A DNA stretch of 64,000 nucleotides from Raillietiella orientalis (GCA_036172245.1 JAYWIR010000028.1:2232001-2296000); one strand, 5' to 3'; counted from the stretch's first letter, positions 10,750-23,839 are shown. A program made the numbers and translations. Notes: generated by a model not told the origin, from the sequence alone.

Positions 10750-12480
10750 GCACCACAATCCGTCTTCGAGAGGCAGCGACGTTTGGACACGTGCGCAGGT
10801 TGCTTGCGATCACGGGGCAGACCTGTTCCCGAATTTCCAGGTACCAAAGCGCGTGGTCCTCAGTTCCGCCTCTCCCGGAAGATCGCCATTCACCAGCTAC
10901 CTGAACTGCCATCGCGCCTTTATCCTTAAGGACAGTTGCGCAAGACGTGATCACAGCATTTGGATCCAGCGGGTTCTTCCAGACAAAAGTGGAGTGGGCA
11001 GCTTTTATGAGCCTCGCATTCGATGTGTGAGCATGCGTGGTCGAAGTCTGCAGTTTCCGACTCCAGCAAGTGCGCAAGTCATCGGTGCGAGGCTCCATTT
11101 TCGACCTTCCTTTTTTCACAGTCCAGAAAACTGCAGTTTCCCGTTTGCTTCCCCCTTCCAGATGTTTGCCGTTTCCAAGTCCTCGTTCCTGCAGTTTTTC
11201 CCAAGAAATCTGCAGCAGGGACTGATCGCAGACTCGTACAGTTTTCCAGATTCCGAGTTCAACTGTGGGATCGAGTACTCCACGATGAGGGGAATACGAG
11301 GCGAATTTGCATTTGTCTGCCCAGAGGGTACGAGCCAGAGGAAAGGCCTGCGTCTCGTCGGGAGGAAAGATCCTTTTTTCTCCCCTTGCCAAGATGCGTG
11401 CACAAGGCCTGCGGTCTCACGTGCAGCACAGGACATCCCATCCCGTTCCTGTGCTCCCAACAGTGAGATCTTCACCTTCACTTTCATCCTGCTCCACATC
11501 AGAAAGTACCAGTGCAGATTTTGGTCCAGAGTGCAGCTTCTTTCGAGCGGTGAGCGCCAGACGGCTAGAATGCAGAGCAAAGCATAGGGAAGCTTGCGGC
11601 CAATCGTTTCTCGATGCTGGAAGGTGCCCAAGGAAGAGCATTCCTCTAATCGAAGACAGTCAGCTCTCTCGACAGGGATTTCTGGAAGAAGGTGTGCCAT
11701 TCTTTCCCTCGGGAAGGTCGCAAGCAGGGAAAGAAAACAGCAGCCAAGAACTTTCATTCCTTTGTTGCAGCTTCCCAGCGCCCTCGCACAGGCGGTTCCT
11801 TTGCCAACCATCGGCTTGCGCCACACCGAAGCGTCCCCAGACGGGGTCCTGGCATCACGCGCATGAAACGTTCAGAATGTACGCAGTCGGCTTTTACTCT
11901 GCTCTTGCTATCTATTCACGCATGAGCTGGGAAGAAGTCGCAGGACCCACCAAGACTCACGAGCGAAATTCCCGTCTGAGGGTAGTCTCCTCTCCCGGGA
12001 CTACGTGTCTCAGAAGACAGGTCATACCGATCAAGTGGACGGATCGGTTCCCAGGCCATCATGGCGTCACTCTTCCGGTTCCCTGACCAGCTGTCGTCAT
12101 ATCACAGATCATGGCATGGAAGGGAGTGCCGTCAAGCGGCCAGGGATGTGACGTCCTCGCCGTCAAACAGCATTCGCAGCTTCCTCTCCTGGAACTCACC
12201 TCTCCACGCGGCAGATGCTTCCTTTTTCTTCCATGACTGTATGGAAGGGAAACGCCCCTTTCGGAGCCAACCGGACGCCCCAGGAAAGAGGTGGCGCCAC
12301 ATCCCGACACCGGGCACATTTGGTGATACGCAGCACGTGCCTCAGTTGGACCATCAGCTGCGACCGGCAGCCATTCTGGGATTCGAGACCCCGCCTAGAG
12401 GATCGAATGTTAATCCTATCTGCGGCACTTGAGCGGGATAGCTGCGCGCCGGCCGTGACTAGAGCGCCCATCTGCATCCT
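10750..12480 (-). mobile_element. Decayed RLE-type non-LTR element (Hero/NeSL/R4-like): RT plus CCHC knuckle
   Basis: WGVRLAPKGAFPFHTVME (GVRQG.PLSP.LF...ME), LFDGEDV (FADD position), GVLDPTVELGIW (LPtp.NL..W) and SPCCRF...EDLETANI at ~11160-11225 (C..C....ET..H). Confidence 0.55.
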
Positions 12481-13249
12481 TTAGGTCGCGTTTTTCAGGC
12501 AACTTGAAGTTTGGCTGGACGACTCGCGCGTGGCAGAATTCTGGTCCAGATGTCCTCTAGTGGCAGAGTCGGCTCTCGACCTGCTCCTGGATGAACTTAC
12601 TTTTCTTTTCCCGGAGAGAGCCGCAGCACGGGAGACGTCTGTGGTCCTTTCCCTCCACTCCCTACTTTCCGTCTGCCCCGCTCCAGCAGCTCACATGACC
12701 TGAACAAAGCGGACCGAGAACCCCTGAGGGAGAGGCCTTCCGAGAAACAGGGGAGGACTCCTGATGAGTGTTCTCCATGTCGAGATGGTGGATTTCAGCC
12801 TTCCGACACTGCAACGGATGGGGCGAAAGCCGGGGACCGGCACTGGATGTCAAGCAGTCGAGCGCCCACTGGTACGTCCCAGGCTGCCTCGCCAAGAGAG
12901 CGGTCGGCTCCCTGGGAACCTTGTTGTCGCGGAAGCCAAGCTCGATGCGACCGGGTAGCTGGTGGTTGCCTTGGCGAGGAGGCCCACACCTGTATCCGCT
13001 GCCTGTCCGCAACCTGCCTCGGGAGAAGCCCGGACCGGAAGTGGTCTAGAGCCGACGGCGGGAGTCCGGGGCAGCTGCGGCTCCTGTCGTCCTCGAACTG
13101 TGCTCTCTGACTCCAATCCTTTATGAGAATCCACGCAGCATCCGTGAGCGATCGGGATGTCAGCGGGCGACGTTCCTCACTGCCGGATTCTTTCGTCCGT
13201 TCCCTTCTATTCGTCTGAGGGGGATTGGGAAGAGAGACGAGTCCGGTAA

Positions 13250-13750
13250 AGAGGAAAAAGGGGGGAGGCAGTCAGGGAAGATCCAGAAGAGGTGCGGAGG
13301 TTGCGTCTGGAGGTCACGGGGAGGGAAACCAGGAGAGTACTCCGGGCAGACCCCAAGGAAAGGCGGGATGGAAACGCTGGGAGTGGGGAGCTGAAAGGAG
13401 AGGAGAAGCATTCGCCCTCCGAGTTCAATTTTGACCCCTTCTCTGACCCCGAGAACCGGAAGGCAGTGACTCCCAGAGCGGTCAAGGAGCCTTTGTTGCT
13501 CTTAAGATTGAAAGAGTTCTCCCTTCTCAGCATCCGGGAAGGATTGCGCACAGAAAACGTAGGAAAGGGGGCTTTCTCCTCGCGGAATCCTTCCACGCTC
13601 ATACATCTCTGGAGGATGGGAGGTGACTTTAGCACTTCTGGAGCCGTAGCTTCCGCCTCCGGGTTCTCTGGGAGCTACCAGAGAAGCGAGTTCCCATTGC
13701 AGCGTGAGGCACCGGAGCGTTGTCCGGTGAGACCTTGGAGAAGCCTAACT
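13250..13750 (-). mobile_element. Possible Penelope-like element fragment (pre-RT region)
   Basis: GSLTALGVTAFRFSGSEKGSKL resembles the L..LL.KG.KF motif upstream of PLE RT; weak. Confidence 0.3.
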
Positions 13751-14499
13751 GTGGCAACCACCGGCGAAAGTGGAACTTTCCGAGAACTTCCTCCTACCAC
13801 TCGGCTGCGACGAGACTCCTCGTCCTCCCCTGCGTCCCGCCGGCTCGATTCCCGGGAGATGGGGCAGCTTGGATGGGTGCGAGTCCTTGCGGAGGAAAAG
13901 CAACGCGTCCTTCGCCCGAAGTTATGCCACCCATGTTCTGGCGCCACTTCGAAGGCCGGAACCGCCTGAGGGTTCTGGAAATGAAGAGAAGGGGAGGATC
14001 CGAAGATAGACCACGAGGGAGGGTCCCCTCGAGAGCAGGAACTCCTCCAGCTCAGCCTCGTTCTGGACACGCGCCCTTCTAGGCAGACAGTCGGTGACCC
14101 CTGACATCCACCGCTCCTCGGCGCGGAATGCTCGCGGCCGTGGATGACGCGGCTGGCTTTCGCGCGCCTCCTCGGGTGAGCGGTGCCGCTCCACGACACC
14201 CGGTCGCTCTAGGGTGTCCGCCGTAACCCCTGGCAACGGGGCACGCAAAAAGCGAAAGGGAAATTCATCCATGGTGGGGCGCGCCATGCGGGAGTCCGAA
14301 GGGTGAGCCGACGAGAAGCTGGCGGGAAGGGGCGGCTGTCGGTAGGCCCCCAGGCTCCCCTACGCTCTCATCGATGGCACCGACGGACTAGAGTGCCCGC
14401 CAGGGAGGCGTGCAAGCCCGTGGCTTACGTGACCCCCCCCCCCCCTTCCCGAAGGGATTTGGCTTTTTCCGGAGATGGGTCGTGGGGACCCTTCGCTGG

Positions 14500-16060
14500 G
14501 AAACGAAGGACCTTCCGCAGCTTCCGTCCATCCTCGGTCCAGGCAGCGGGGAGGGAAGAAGTCGGGCGAGACGCGCGCGCACTGAGGAAACCCCAGTTGC
14601 CCGAAAACGCCTCCTTCTCCGACCGATCTCCGCGGGCTCTTCTTCGTGCCTCGGCGCGGACTTCATCCCACCCCTCTCCTGAGTCGGGATGCAGGGGTGG
14701 AGGCACACTCGTGGCTGCAGCGGCATGGAGGGAAGGGAGGGGCACCAACACTCCAATGGACCCAGTGGACTGTCCCGACACGGCAGCAGCGGTGACGGCC
14801 TCTTTCGAAGACTCCGGGTCCTGCGGGGGGAGCACCGACTCGTCGGGCGGGTCATCGTGACCCGGAAGTGTAGAGAGAAGGATCGCCTGAGGAGTCTCCC
14901 CGGCAGAGAGGTGCCGTCCGCCGCAACGGGGCGTCCGGAGAGGGATCGACAGAGACGGTGGGATGAACGTGGAGAGAGGGAAGAGCCGTCGTCTGGAGCG
15001 CAGCGTCTAGGAGAAGGCGCCGCGCACGCACCCTCGTGGGAAGGGCTTCGCGGGGACGGGCCTGGTTCCATCTCCTGGGCAGTCGCTGCCCAGGCAGCCG
15101 TGCTGCTCACTTAGCGGTGCGAACTTCAGGCGCCGGCCGGGTTCCCGGCAAGGACGAGGTGCCCCGGAAACCCGCCAGCCCGCCTCCACCTCGGACGCAT
15201 CCTCCGCCTTGGAAGGAAGAAGGAAGCTGCATAGGAAAGATCGCAGCAGCATCCAGGCGAAGATGCAACAAGGAACGAGCCCCGCCCTCCCCGGTTGCTG
15301 TGGAGCGCCAGTCCCAGGGAAACTCCCGGTAGGGCAGTCACGGACTTCGCCAGATGAGGGATCTCTCGCAACCTCTAACCGCCACGTGGACGCTTAGCTC
15401 CGAGAGGCGGAGTCATGGCAACACGCTTCCTCCTCTTCCCTAGTTGATCTCGACGGCGCGCGCCCCGTTCGCGCTCCCTAAGGACGGCGTGATGGCGATC
15501 GGGCCTGCGACGCGCTCACGCGAGCGAGCGCGTGGGGCGCTCCCGAGGGGCCGGGAGGAGAAGCGCAGACTGCAGAGGGCCCCGCCGTCGGGGATGCCGT
15601 CCCGCTGCTGGTGAAGGAGAAAGGATGCGCCTCCTCCCCTCTCCTTGTCTTCCTTGAGAGGCTCCCAGGGAACGAGTTCCTTCCCCCCCCCCCTTCCGTC
15701 CTTCCCAGGACGGAGCGAAAAGAAAATTCGGGAATGGCAAGCGGCCTCGATCCATCCCGCTGGGTCCTCGCATCCACTCTCCACGCGCGGTCGCCTGCGC
15801 CGGGTGAGAGCCTCCGCGGTGTCCACTGCCGCCGCCCAGGCTCGCGCCCACGCTAGCGCATGCGTTCGCCGTTTCCTCGGCGGTGAATTCCTCAGCACCG
15901 GGGCCCCCCAGGAGGCCCGGAGGCCGACCTCCTCAGGTCTCCCCCAGTACGGGCAATCCGCGGGGCGAATTCCCGGCGGCTCGGACGGCAGGGAACGAGC
16001 GCACGAAGGGCTTGCGTGCGGTGGCGGCCCTATCTCGGCGGCTCCGCTCCCTCCAGCCGC
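14500..16060 (-). mobile_element. GC-rich, highly decayed RLE-type non-LTR element
   Basis: Minus strand, in order: RKPFVRS (KAFD position), AAAVD, FFLP...GGGGLAG (domain-9 GGLG), RCAP...HRLC (knuckle-like), IGVLVP (iEV.VP of RLE). Confidence 0.35.
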
Positions 16061-16279
16061 GCGCACCTGCGGCCGAGCTGGCGCGATGGCATTTTCTAGC
16101 GATCTCGTGGTTGGCGCAGCGGCGGCGGGAGAGCCCGGCTGGCCGCGTGTGACCGTTCGTCCTGGCCGGGCGGGGAAAAATAAAAAACAAAAAATAAGAA
16201 AAAAAGGACGGCGAAGGGGGAGGGAGGGAACGCATGCTTTCTCAGGCTGTTCCCCTTCCCCCCGCGCCTTCCTCTCCCC

Positions 16280-17020
16280 AAAATGAGATCTGATTGGCTG
16301 CCCGCGATGTAAATGATGCGCATTGCTGCCTACTTTTCTCTGCGTGTTCTTCCGTGTGTGCCAACACGCCTTGCCGCGCGCGCGCGCGACCCCCGTCCCC
16401 TTCCTGTCCTCCCCGACGGACGCGACGCCCTCTGTCCGCTCGAAAAGGAAACGCGAATTCCACGCTCCTAACGAGGCGCAACACGACAGCATATACGTTT
16501 TCGATCCGTACAAAGTCATTACCCCTTTCCCCGCCCACTTTTTCCCATTTCCATTTGAATGATGATTTTTTCATTTTCTTAACGGGGCACACGTACGTTG
16601 AAGGTTGCCTGGATTTATTTATTCCCGGGGGACAAGCAACAGCAATTTTCGCATGGATTGTAACAACAGCCAGAGGAGGCGTGAATAAGAAGAGGTTGTT
16701 TATACCGCGCCATTGTTTTCCTGCTATCTCGAGGAGCGTATCGCGCCGCCATCGGGAGGGCGGGAGAGCGGGCGGGCGGGCGCGCGCGCGCGCGCGCGCG
16801 AGCCGCGTCACGTGACTCCCCCCGCGCCGAGGATCGGCGGCAGCGCCATCTCGGAGAGCGGCGGCTCGTCGCTTTTGTCTGGCCGGGAGCTTCCCGCGAA
16901 GCACAAAAAAAAAAAAGAAAGAAAGAAAGGAGCAAAGCCAAAAAAGAAAGAGAGGGAGGGAGGGAGGGAGGGACAGGGACAACTCCGCTCCTGCCATTCG
17001 GCGCGGGACAAAATGGCGCA
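16280..17020. promoter_or_regulatory. Promoter-, insulator- or PRE-like TE-free island
   Basis: CTGATTGGCT CCAAT box 16290-16299; TCCCGGGGGA 16623-16632; (CG)10 16781-16800; palindromic GTCACGTGAC 16807-16816; CAGCGCCATCT 16841-16851; AAAATGGCG 17010-17018. Confidence 0.45.
16780..16800. repeat. (CG)10 alternating tract (Z-DNA-prone)
   Basis: Read directly; shorter (CG)n tracts near 7982-7996 and 16375-16388. Confidence 0.9.
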
Positions 17021-18049
17021 CCCGACATGTGTCGAAGCAGAGTCAATGCGCTGCCGTCCAAGAAAAAGGCTAGAATTATCCCCCGCCTTCGTCCTCATTG
17101 TGGGAGTACGCCGAAAGACTCTGCACTGCCTCATTCAGGCGCACCATTGTGATTTCGAGGACAATCGTCAAAAGGCGACGGGAATTTCCGATTCCTCCCT
17201 CCTCATCCTCCCGGAATTCAATTAACCGACAAAAACACGTGTTTATTCATAACCTTGGTCTCTCTCCCTCCATAATGAAATGAAACGCTCCGTATAGTCG
17301 AGGCAACTGCCTGCATAGAGGGTGATCCCTCTATCCTTATTCCCACATTATGATTAATGCGGTCCTTCGCAATAAACAACCAGAAGAAGGGCAAAAGAGC
17401 GCAGAACATATGTGTGGGGAAGAAGTGCATTCACTCCACGTGCCTCTTCTTTCAGCACTCAGTGTGCTGGTCATGATCTCCAGTGTAGGTCTTATTTGTT
17501 TTCGGGCTCCTTGCCCCCTCCTCCCTTTCCCTTTTCTGGCATCAAAGAGAAGTCATCCGCGTTTCCACGGAGCTCCTGCTGTGGATAGGAAACGGAAAAT
17601 TTGGAAGTCGGTTGCCGTGCACCAGCGACCCGCCGTTCAGCAGCCGGTGTGGCTCTTTCGAGAGGTCTCCCCTGGCTTGGCTTCCCCGCAGTCAGCGCGA
17701 ATCCTTCGGCCTGCGGTTATGACCTGGCTCAGACTCTTTCGGGAACATCAGGGCTCCCTTGACCCTGAGAGAGGACCACGGGCCGCCGCGCTCCGATCGC
17801 GCCCGCGCCACTGCTCCTTCGCGTTCTTTCTGAACGTGCAGCGGCTCTTTGAACTTTCGAAGATCTCCGCCCCCTTCAAGGAGGCAGGAAGGAACCAGGG
17901 AAATGGCGCGAGATTTTCGAGTCGCAGCGAGGTGGGGTCAGGTCTCCAAGGCATCGCTTCCATTTCGCGCGCCGGAGAACCTGCTGGCGATCTGGAAGAT
18001 GCGCCGCAGGTGGACTTTCGGTACACTGAATGAATGCCCGAGGCAACTG

Positions 18050-19240
18050 CCCACAGTTTCCGCTATCCGGTGGCTCGATGGAAAGCTCGCTGGTAGCAGC
18101 CGCTCATCCTGGCCGTGGTCCAAGATATGCCTCCGGCACGTGTCCAGGCTGCGCTGGAGGCGCACGTCGTCTTCTTCTTCATTCTTTCCGCCTCTGCCAT
18201 GGCGCTTCCTCGATCTTCAGGTTTCTCTGCGCTCTCAGAGATCGTGCCATGTGGCTCTCACCGTGCTCTCTGGCGGTGAACACGAGAGGCGATTTCTTTG
18301 GTGCCTTTTCCTTGCCGTGCTTCTTCCGGTGTTTCTGCGAAGCTTTCACACGGGCAGTTAACATCGGGTAGAGCACTCTCGTTCCGGAGCGTCAGGTCCG
18401 GCGTGAATCGAAAGTTGGTTGTTCCCGGGATTGGTTGTTGGTCGGAGGTCACCAGATCCCGTTTTCCCTCCTCCAGTTCTTTGATGGAGCTGAGCGCAAG
18501 GTCACCTTGGTGGCTTAGAGGTTCTTCGAGCAGAGGTCCGGAATGTGCGTCGAGGACTCTTTCCATATCGAGCACCGCTCGCACGTCCGATTCCCAACGC
18601 CCCGATCCTTCAGGTCCCCATCGCACGGGCGGGAGGTGGAAAAGTCCGAGGTGCGCGAAGAGGTCGCCTCAGAGCCGAGGATGGTGGATCCCGGGTGTGC
18701 AAGAAGTGGCTGGATGCCGCTCGTGGTGGCTTCCCCCTGACCCGGGTGCCATGTCTCCCTGCCCTGGAGCATGCGCAACCCTGACTCGGGTCAAACGTCT
18801 ACTCCTTGATGGCTGTTTTCGGATCGCATGGTCCCAGCGCGGCTCTTGAAGACCGCTCAGAGAGCCAAAGACCCCTTCCTCCGAGGGAGGAAGGCAGGTT
18901 AGTGGTTCGCTTTCGGGTCAGAGAACCTCTTTGACTCCCGCTGGAACGGGATGGAGGTGATGCGTGCCTCTCGTTTCCTCCAGGGCACCTCCGCGTCTCT
19001 GCGGAGCACCCTTCAGTCCCTCCCCGGAATATCCATGTTTCGCGTGCTGCGTGAGGACGGGCGTCCCGCGCCGGCGTTCCATCAACACTCGGGTCCTCGT
19101 GTGCCTGGCAACCGTTCCAGCATCGGACGGCTGCAAGAGGTTCGCGCGGCGCGTTTTGCCTCTATCCATCTCGCTGGATCTTCTTAGCTGCCTACGTAGT
19201 CCTGATCTCCTCTGCCCTACCGGGTGACCAGCCGACACGC
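18050..19240 (-). mobile_element. Decayed R2/NeSL(Utopia)-like element 3' half: RT end, CCHC knuckle, restriction-like endonuclease
   Basis: CERCSIWKESSTHIPDLC (~18529-18582) is a clean CCHC knuckle, followed by PDLTLRNESALPDVNCPCE...EARQGKGTK (PD..D...K..KY RLE). Upstream are GHPVG (YLG.P.G) and GQG. Confidence 0.75.
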
Positions 19241-20024
19241 CCGTGTCTCAGGGGAGGCACAGCTCCATCTTTCCTGCTCCGCTTCCCAGAGGGGATTTCC
19301 TCCCTCCTGCCTCCCTCCCCTTCCCCTTCCCACCTTCCCTCGGAGCGCAGCACCGAACAGTCGCTCTTCCTGGCGACATTTTCACGCTTGTTGTTGCTGC
19401 TGCTGCTGATGATGATCTCCGCGCGCTCCTCGCGGCGCTGCTGAAAGCACCGCTTATGATTGATCTCGGCTTCACCGGCGGAACAGGAGAAGACGGAATG
19501 CCCGCATCTTTCATCGCGTGGAAGGAAGAAGAGAAAAAAAAAAAAACCTCCTTTTCCTTTCTCTTTTCTCTTTCAGTCTTTCTGCTCGCCCCGGGATCGA
19601 AAGACAAAGAAACGGCGTCTCCGCCGTGGAATGTCACTACCGGTAAACATGGGCCCTCGGATGGGAAGGCGAGCATCATTAAATCACCATGTCGTCATCG
19701 TGTTAGCACCGAACGCATCTATTTGTTTGGGAGCCCGGGCCTAATTAATGGGTCATCGCCGAAAACAAAAGCAAATTATCGCCTGTCATTTTGAATTACG
19801 AATGCGTCTATATCTCGGAGACTGGCTCGACACCGTGACCTGCGAGGAGGGCGCGAGGAACAAATAGGCCTCTCCTCCGAATCCATCTCGGAGCAGCGCG
19901 CGGGGAGAAAACATGGCCATTCCGGAGCGTTGCGGGAGACGACGGGCGTCCCGTTCTCGGGAGAAAATGGAAAAGGGAAAACACGAGGAGGAGGAGGAGG
20001 AAGAGAGAGGAAAGCCAAAAAAAA

Positions 20025-20028
<4 letters not shown>

Positions 20029-20064
<36 letters not shown>
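20029..20064. repeat. (GA)~18 microsatellite in a purine-rich island
   Basis: Read directly. Confidence 0.92.
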
Positions 20065-20067
<3 letters not shown>

Positions 20068-21139
20068 CGTGTGCGCGCGCTCTGCTCCTCGGGTCTTCGG
20101 TGGCTGCTGGCAAAAGCAATGAATAAACATTGCCTGGCCGGGCAGAGTTTGTCTGAGCATCACCATGGTTTCCGATTTTCCATTTCCGAGGTTCCATGCT
20201 GTCAGTCGGAATGGAATGCTAATGCTCGAGAGGAGTTGGATGAAGAGGGCGCAATCGTGAAAATTACGGAAACTTCGAGAAGATCAAAGGGCTGGATGGA
20301 AATACAAGAAGATCGAAAAAAAAAAGGAAAAGCTGCAAATCGGCTGAGAGGCTGGGCGCCCACAGAGATATCCGCATCATCTCCAAGAGCATCCGCCTCT
20401 TTGCGCGGAAGCTCCGGCTTGTCCCCAGAGCCTCCTTCCAGAGAAAGGGCGCAGGGGGTGGTGGCACAGTTTCGAAGTAGAGAACTTTACTGGTGAATCC
20501 CGGTGTCCATCACCCTGGACCTAGAGGGAAGGCCACTGGCTAGGTGATTCGTCGCGGGCACTCCAGAGAAGCAACGTGGAGACCGCAGACGGGGCACGGG
20601 GTGCTCACAGCACATCACCTGGGGCGCTTCAGGAGCCAACGAACCCACACAGCAGAATAGGAAAAGCTTTCTTTTCGTGGGGGAGGGGGTTGGTGGCTCG
20701 AGGAGGCATCCTCTCAGCCCCAGTCACAGTAGACTGCTAGAAATCCCTATGGGGCTGTTTGGGGCGTGATGAAGAGTCGGCGCCAAGCAGCTTGTGCAGA
20801 GAGAGACCCACAGGCGACCTGTGCGCGCTCCACAAGCAAAGTCGCCGGTAGGGCTCATCTCATCCAGAACTGCGGGGCCATTTATTTAAAATAAAGACAT
20901 CGAATTTATGGGGCTGGAGAAGAATTGGCATGGGCCTGCCCGAACCCAGAGGGATTTCCCTCGCTGGGGACGGAACTAAGGAGAGAGGAGGGAGAGCCAA
21001 AGAATGCGTAGATAAATGGGGAACGGGTTGCTCCGGCCCCGCAATACTCAGCACGATTCCCGAGGGCCTGCGTCGGGCAGGGAAGGAATAAGCGTGGATA
21101 TCCCACCCCTCGTTTGTTCATTGGTGCCGGGAGCGCATG

Positions 21140-22070
21140 CCCACGGTCGTCAGAAGGTGGCAACACTGCGCCTCACATCCCAGATCGGGCCGCTCCGCCG
21201 CCCTTCTCATGTGGGAGAAAAGAGGGGAAGACCTGCTCACGAGGTCGACCGGGGAGGTGAAGCACCTCCGCGATGCGCTTCCGCCCCGGATGCAGCCTGC
21301 CGAGCACTCCCGCAGCACACTCGGAATGGTCGCCGGCATCCCGTGCTCCTCGGACACCCTCCTCACCGAGGCGTGGCGTCCATGATGATGAATACCGGAC
21401 TCTTCGACAGCCGAATTCCGTTACAGAGTGCTCGCAGGCAATGCATCTTTATCTCCAGCTCAGCGGGCGTCCCGCAGTTTCCGATTTCCCATCGGCCGCG
21501 ATTAACTCCTCCTACGCACGTTTCTCGTTGTTTTATTTCGGTTTTCCACCTTTTGTGGCAACCCTGCATCTTGCAAGGGGACTCATACGATGCGGTGCAA
21601 TGAGGAAATCCCCGTGAAGTTCGCAACCTCTTCAAGGACGCCCGAGGCGTGCGTCCAATCGCCATGCATGGCCGCTGGTGTTCCGCGCCGCGTTGGTGGG
21701 AGCTGCTCCTGCTGCAGGAGCTCAGAGACTCGCGCGGGCTCCACTTCGCAGTGGTGTACCAGACGGTGCGCTCCATCGGCATTCTCGCCGGGAAGACTGA
21801 TTTTTTCTCGCGTCTCGTGCGTCCGACGTGCCAACCTATGATACGGTCATTCTAAACATTCTCCCACACCACCCTCACCGTCTCTCCACTCCGCCGTCAG
21901 ATCCGGGCCGCAGTCTCTCGAGGGTTTCTTCACCTCGGCGGGAGACTCCCGACCTGTCTCTTCAGCAGGTCTCCCGGCAGCACGGCGGCTTCCTCCCTGC
22001 TAGAGACTCGTGGAGGCGGGAGACGTCCATTGCCGTTGCTTTCCCCGCCACCGAGGCACCAGGGTGAGCC
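21140..22070 (+). mobile_element. Decayed CRE-like non-LTR RT fragment(s), interrupted at ~21383-21600
   Basis: GEVKHLRDAL (eHL.d.l), LFKDARGVRPIAM (~21628-21666; K..GGVRPIAVG) and HFAV (QfaVG). Confidence 0.5.
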
Positions 22071-22399
22071 ACTCGGGCAAGGTGTCCAATCTCTCCCGGA
22101 AACGGATTGAACGGCGGCTGCCTCCATTTTTCTTGCACAGCCTTCCCTTTTCTTGCACGTGACCCGGAGTCACTAGTTTCTCGTGCCTCTTGACGGTCGT
22201 TTCCGAGGGTCGCTGTTTCTGTTGGACTTCAGACTGCTGTTGTCCATCTTTTTTCTGCTTGTTTTTTTTTCTTCCCGCTTTCCGTGCACGTTTTGCTTTG
22301 AGCATTTTTTCCGGTCTCGGGAGTCGGTATGGAACGTTCAGGGCACACATTTCTTTTGTGGCCCTTTCCAGTACGTAAGTGACACTCGATGTTCGGGCA

Positions 22400-23650
22400 C
22401 CTCTTCTTGAGGTGTCCCGTTGCACCTCAGTGCCCACAGTACTTGGACTTTCCCACGTACCATAGGTCGACAAGTTCGCTCCCTATCTGTAGCTTGTGGG
22501 AGAGCCCATCGTTCTCATTCACCACGTTGCAGCAAGCTGAAGAAATGGCTTTCGGAAGTCCTCAGAGGAGCTTGTTTTGATACATGGCGCGTGCACGGTC
22601 CCACAGTCTTGCAGCTCCGCACACATCGCGTTCCTCTGCATAAGGAGGATAATTCCCGTGAGGTGAGGACCAGTATGGAGTGGTCCTCCGTCACCGGAAA
22701 GATCATGTGGCCTTCCGATGAGATTGGCGTTTTTAGCAACAGCCGAGCCAACTCTGCATTTTCGCAGATCAAGTCAGCGTGCTGGTCGCCGCTTCTTATA
22801 GAAAGCGGAGAGGAGGCAATTCCCTCTCCCCAGAATATAAAATTTGATGCAGCCGCCCTCGCAGAATCATCTCTGCTGACAGGGCGGGAATTAGAACGCC
22901 GTGGCTTCGACACCATCTGCGGCAGCAGTGAGAGGCCACGGCTTACAAGACTTCGGGCTACAAGCCCAGCCTTATGTATAAGGTGAGCAGCCTATTTACG
23001 AAGAACACTGCGCGCTCCTCTGTGAGGAACTTTGTAAGATAAAATGACGAGGAGGAAGACCTTGAAGGCCTTTCCATAAGAAGCAGCGGCCAACACGCTG
23101 AGCTGACCTGCGAAACCACAGAGTTGGCTCAGCGGTTTCTGATAACGTAAATCACATTCGAAGGCCACAAACACACGCTGCGACATGGGACCTCTCGGTG
23201 ATAGTTCACCACACGCGAATATCTTTTAGGCACTTTTATCTTTCCATAGTCTTTACAGCGGCGGTTCACATCTCTTCAAGCGATGAGATGGTTAATCATG
23301 CTTGTAGAGATGCAGCGCCCATCTGGTTCTGTTATGAGGATGCATGAGTGAGAGCATCGCGTTTAAGTAGAGCAAATGCCGAAAGTTCATCTCCGTTCAA
23401 CTTTGGAGCTCAGAGCAGCAGCGGTAAAACCGAGTCAGGGGTTTTTGATACCCAGAGATACGATCCATTGCTTCCATCCGATTCTTGTCTCTAGCAGTGC
23501 ATTCTAGCGAACTGCTACTCCAAGAAAAGAAGAAAAGAGCCTTGCTCTGTTTCCACCGAGCCAACTTCACATGCTGGCTGACCGGGACGCATCCAGCTCC
23601 AGTGGCGTCCCTCCTGTAGGAATCGCACAGCTTCGATCCCACTAACAGGA
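22400..23650 (-). mobile_element. Decayed LINE RT
   Basis: ORF 22992..23186: QLCGFAG (Q.GF) then VFLLVILSYKVPH (vflD..KAFDKVPH); downstream HADL at the YADD position. Confidence 0.45.
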
Positions 23651-23839
23651 ATAGTCGGTGTGATCTTGGCTCTAGGGTTTCTCCTCAGTGCTTCATGGAG
23701 AGAAAGAAATGCCACGTTTGACGTGGCTTCCTGTGAAGCAGATCGGGTGCTTTAATGGATCACAGCAAGGATGATGTCTGCGAAGAGTCCACCAGCGTGT
23801 GAAAAGGGCGTCTTCTTGCATCCACACGGGATGTCACTG

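Noticed and set aside
12600..13110. N-terminal zinc fingers of the adjacent RLE element
   Set aside because: Position fits but Cys/His spacing is too degraded to support a call.
17013..17225. First coding exon starting at AAAATGGCG
   Set aside because: Peptide is unrecognisable and there is no convincing donor site; the motif is equally explained as a YY1/Pho site.
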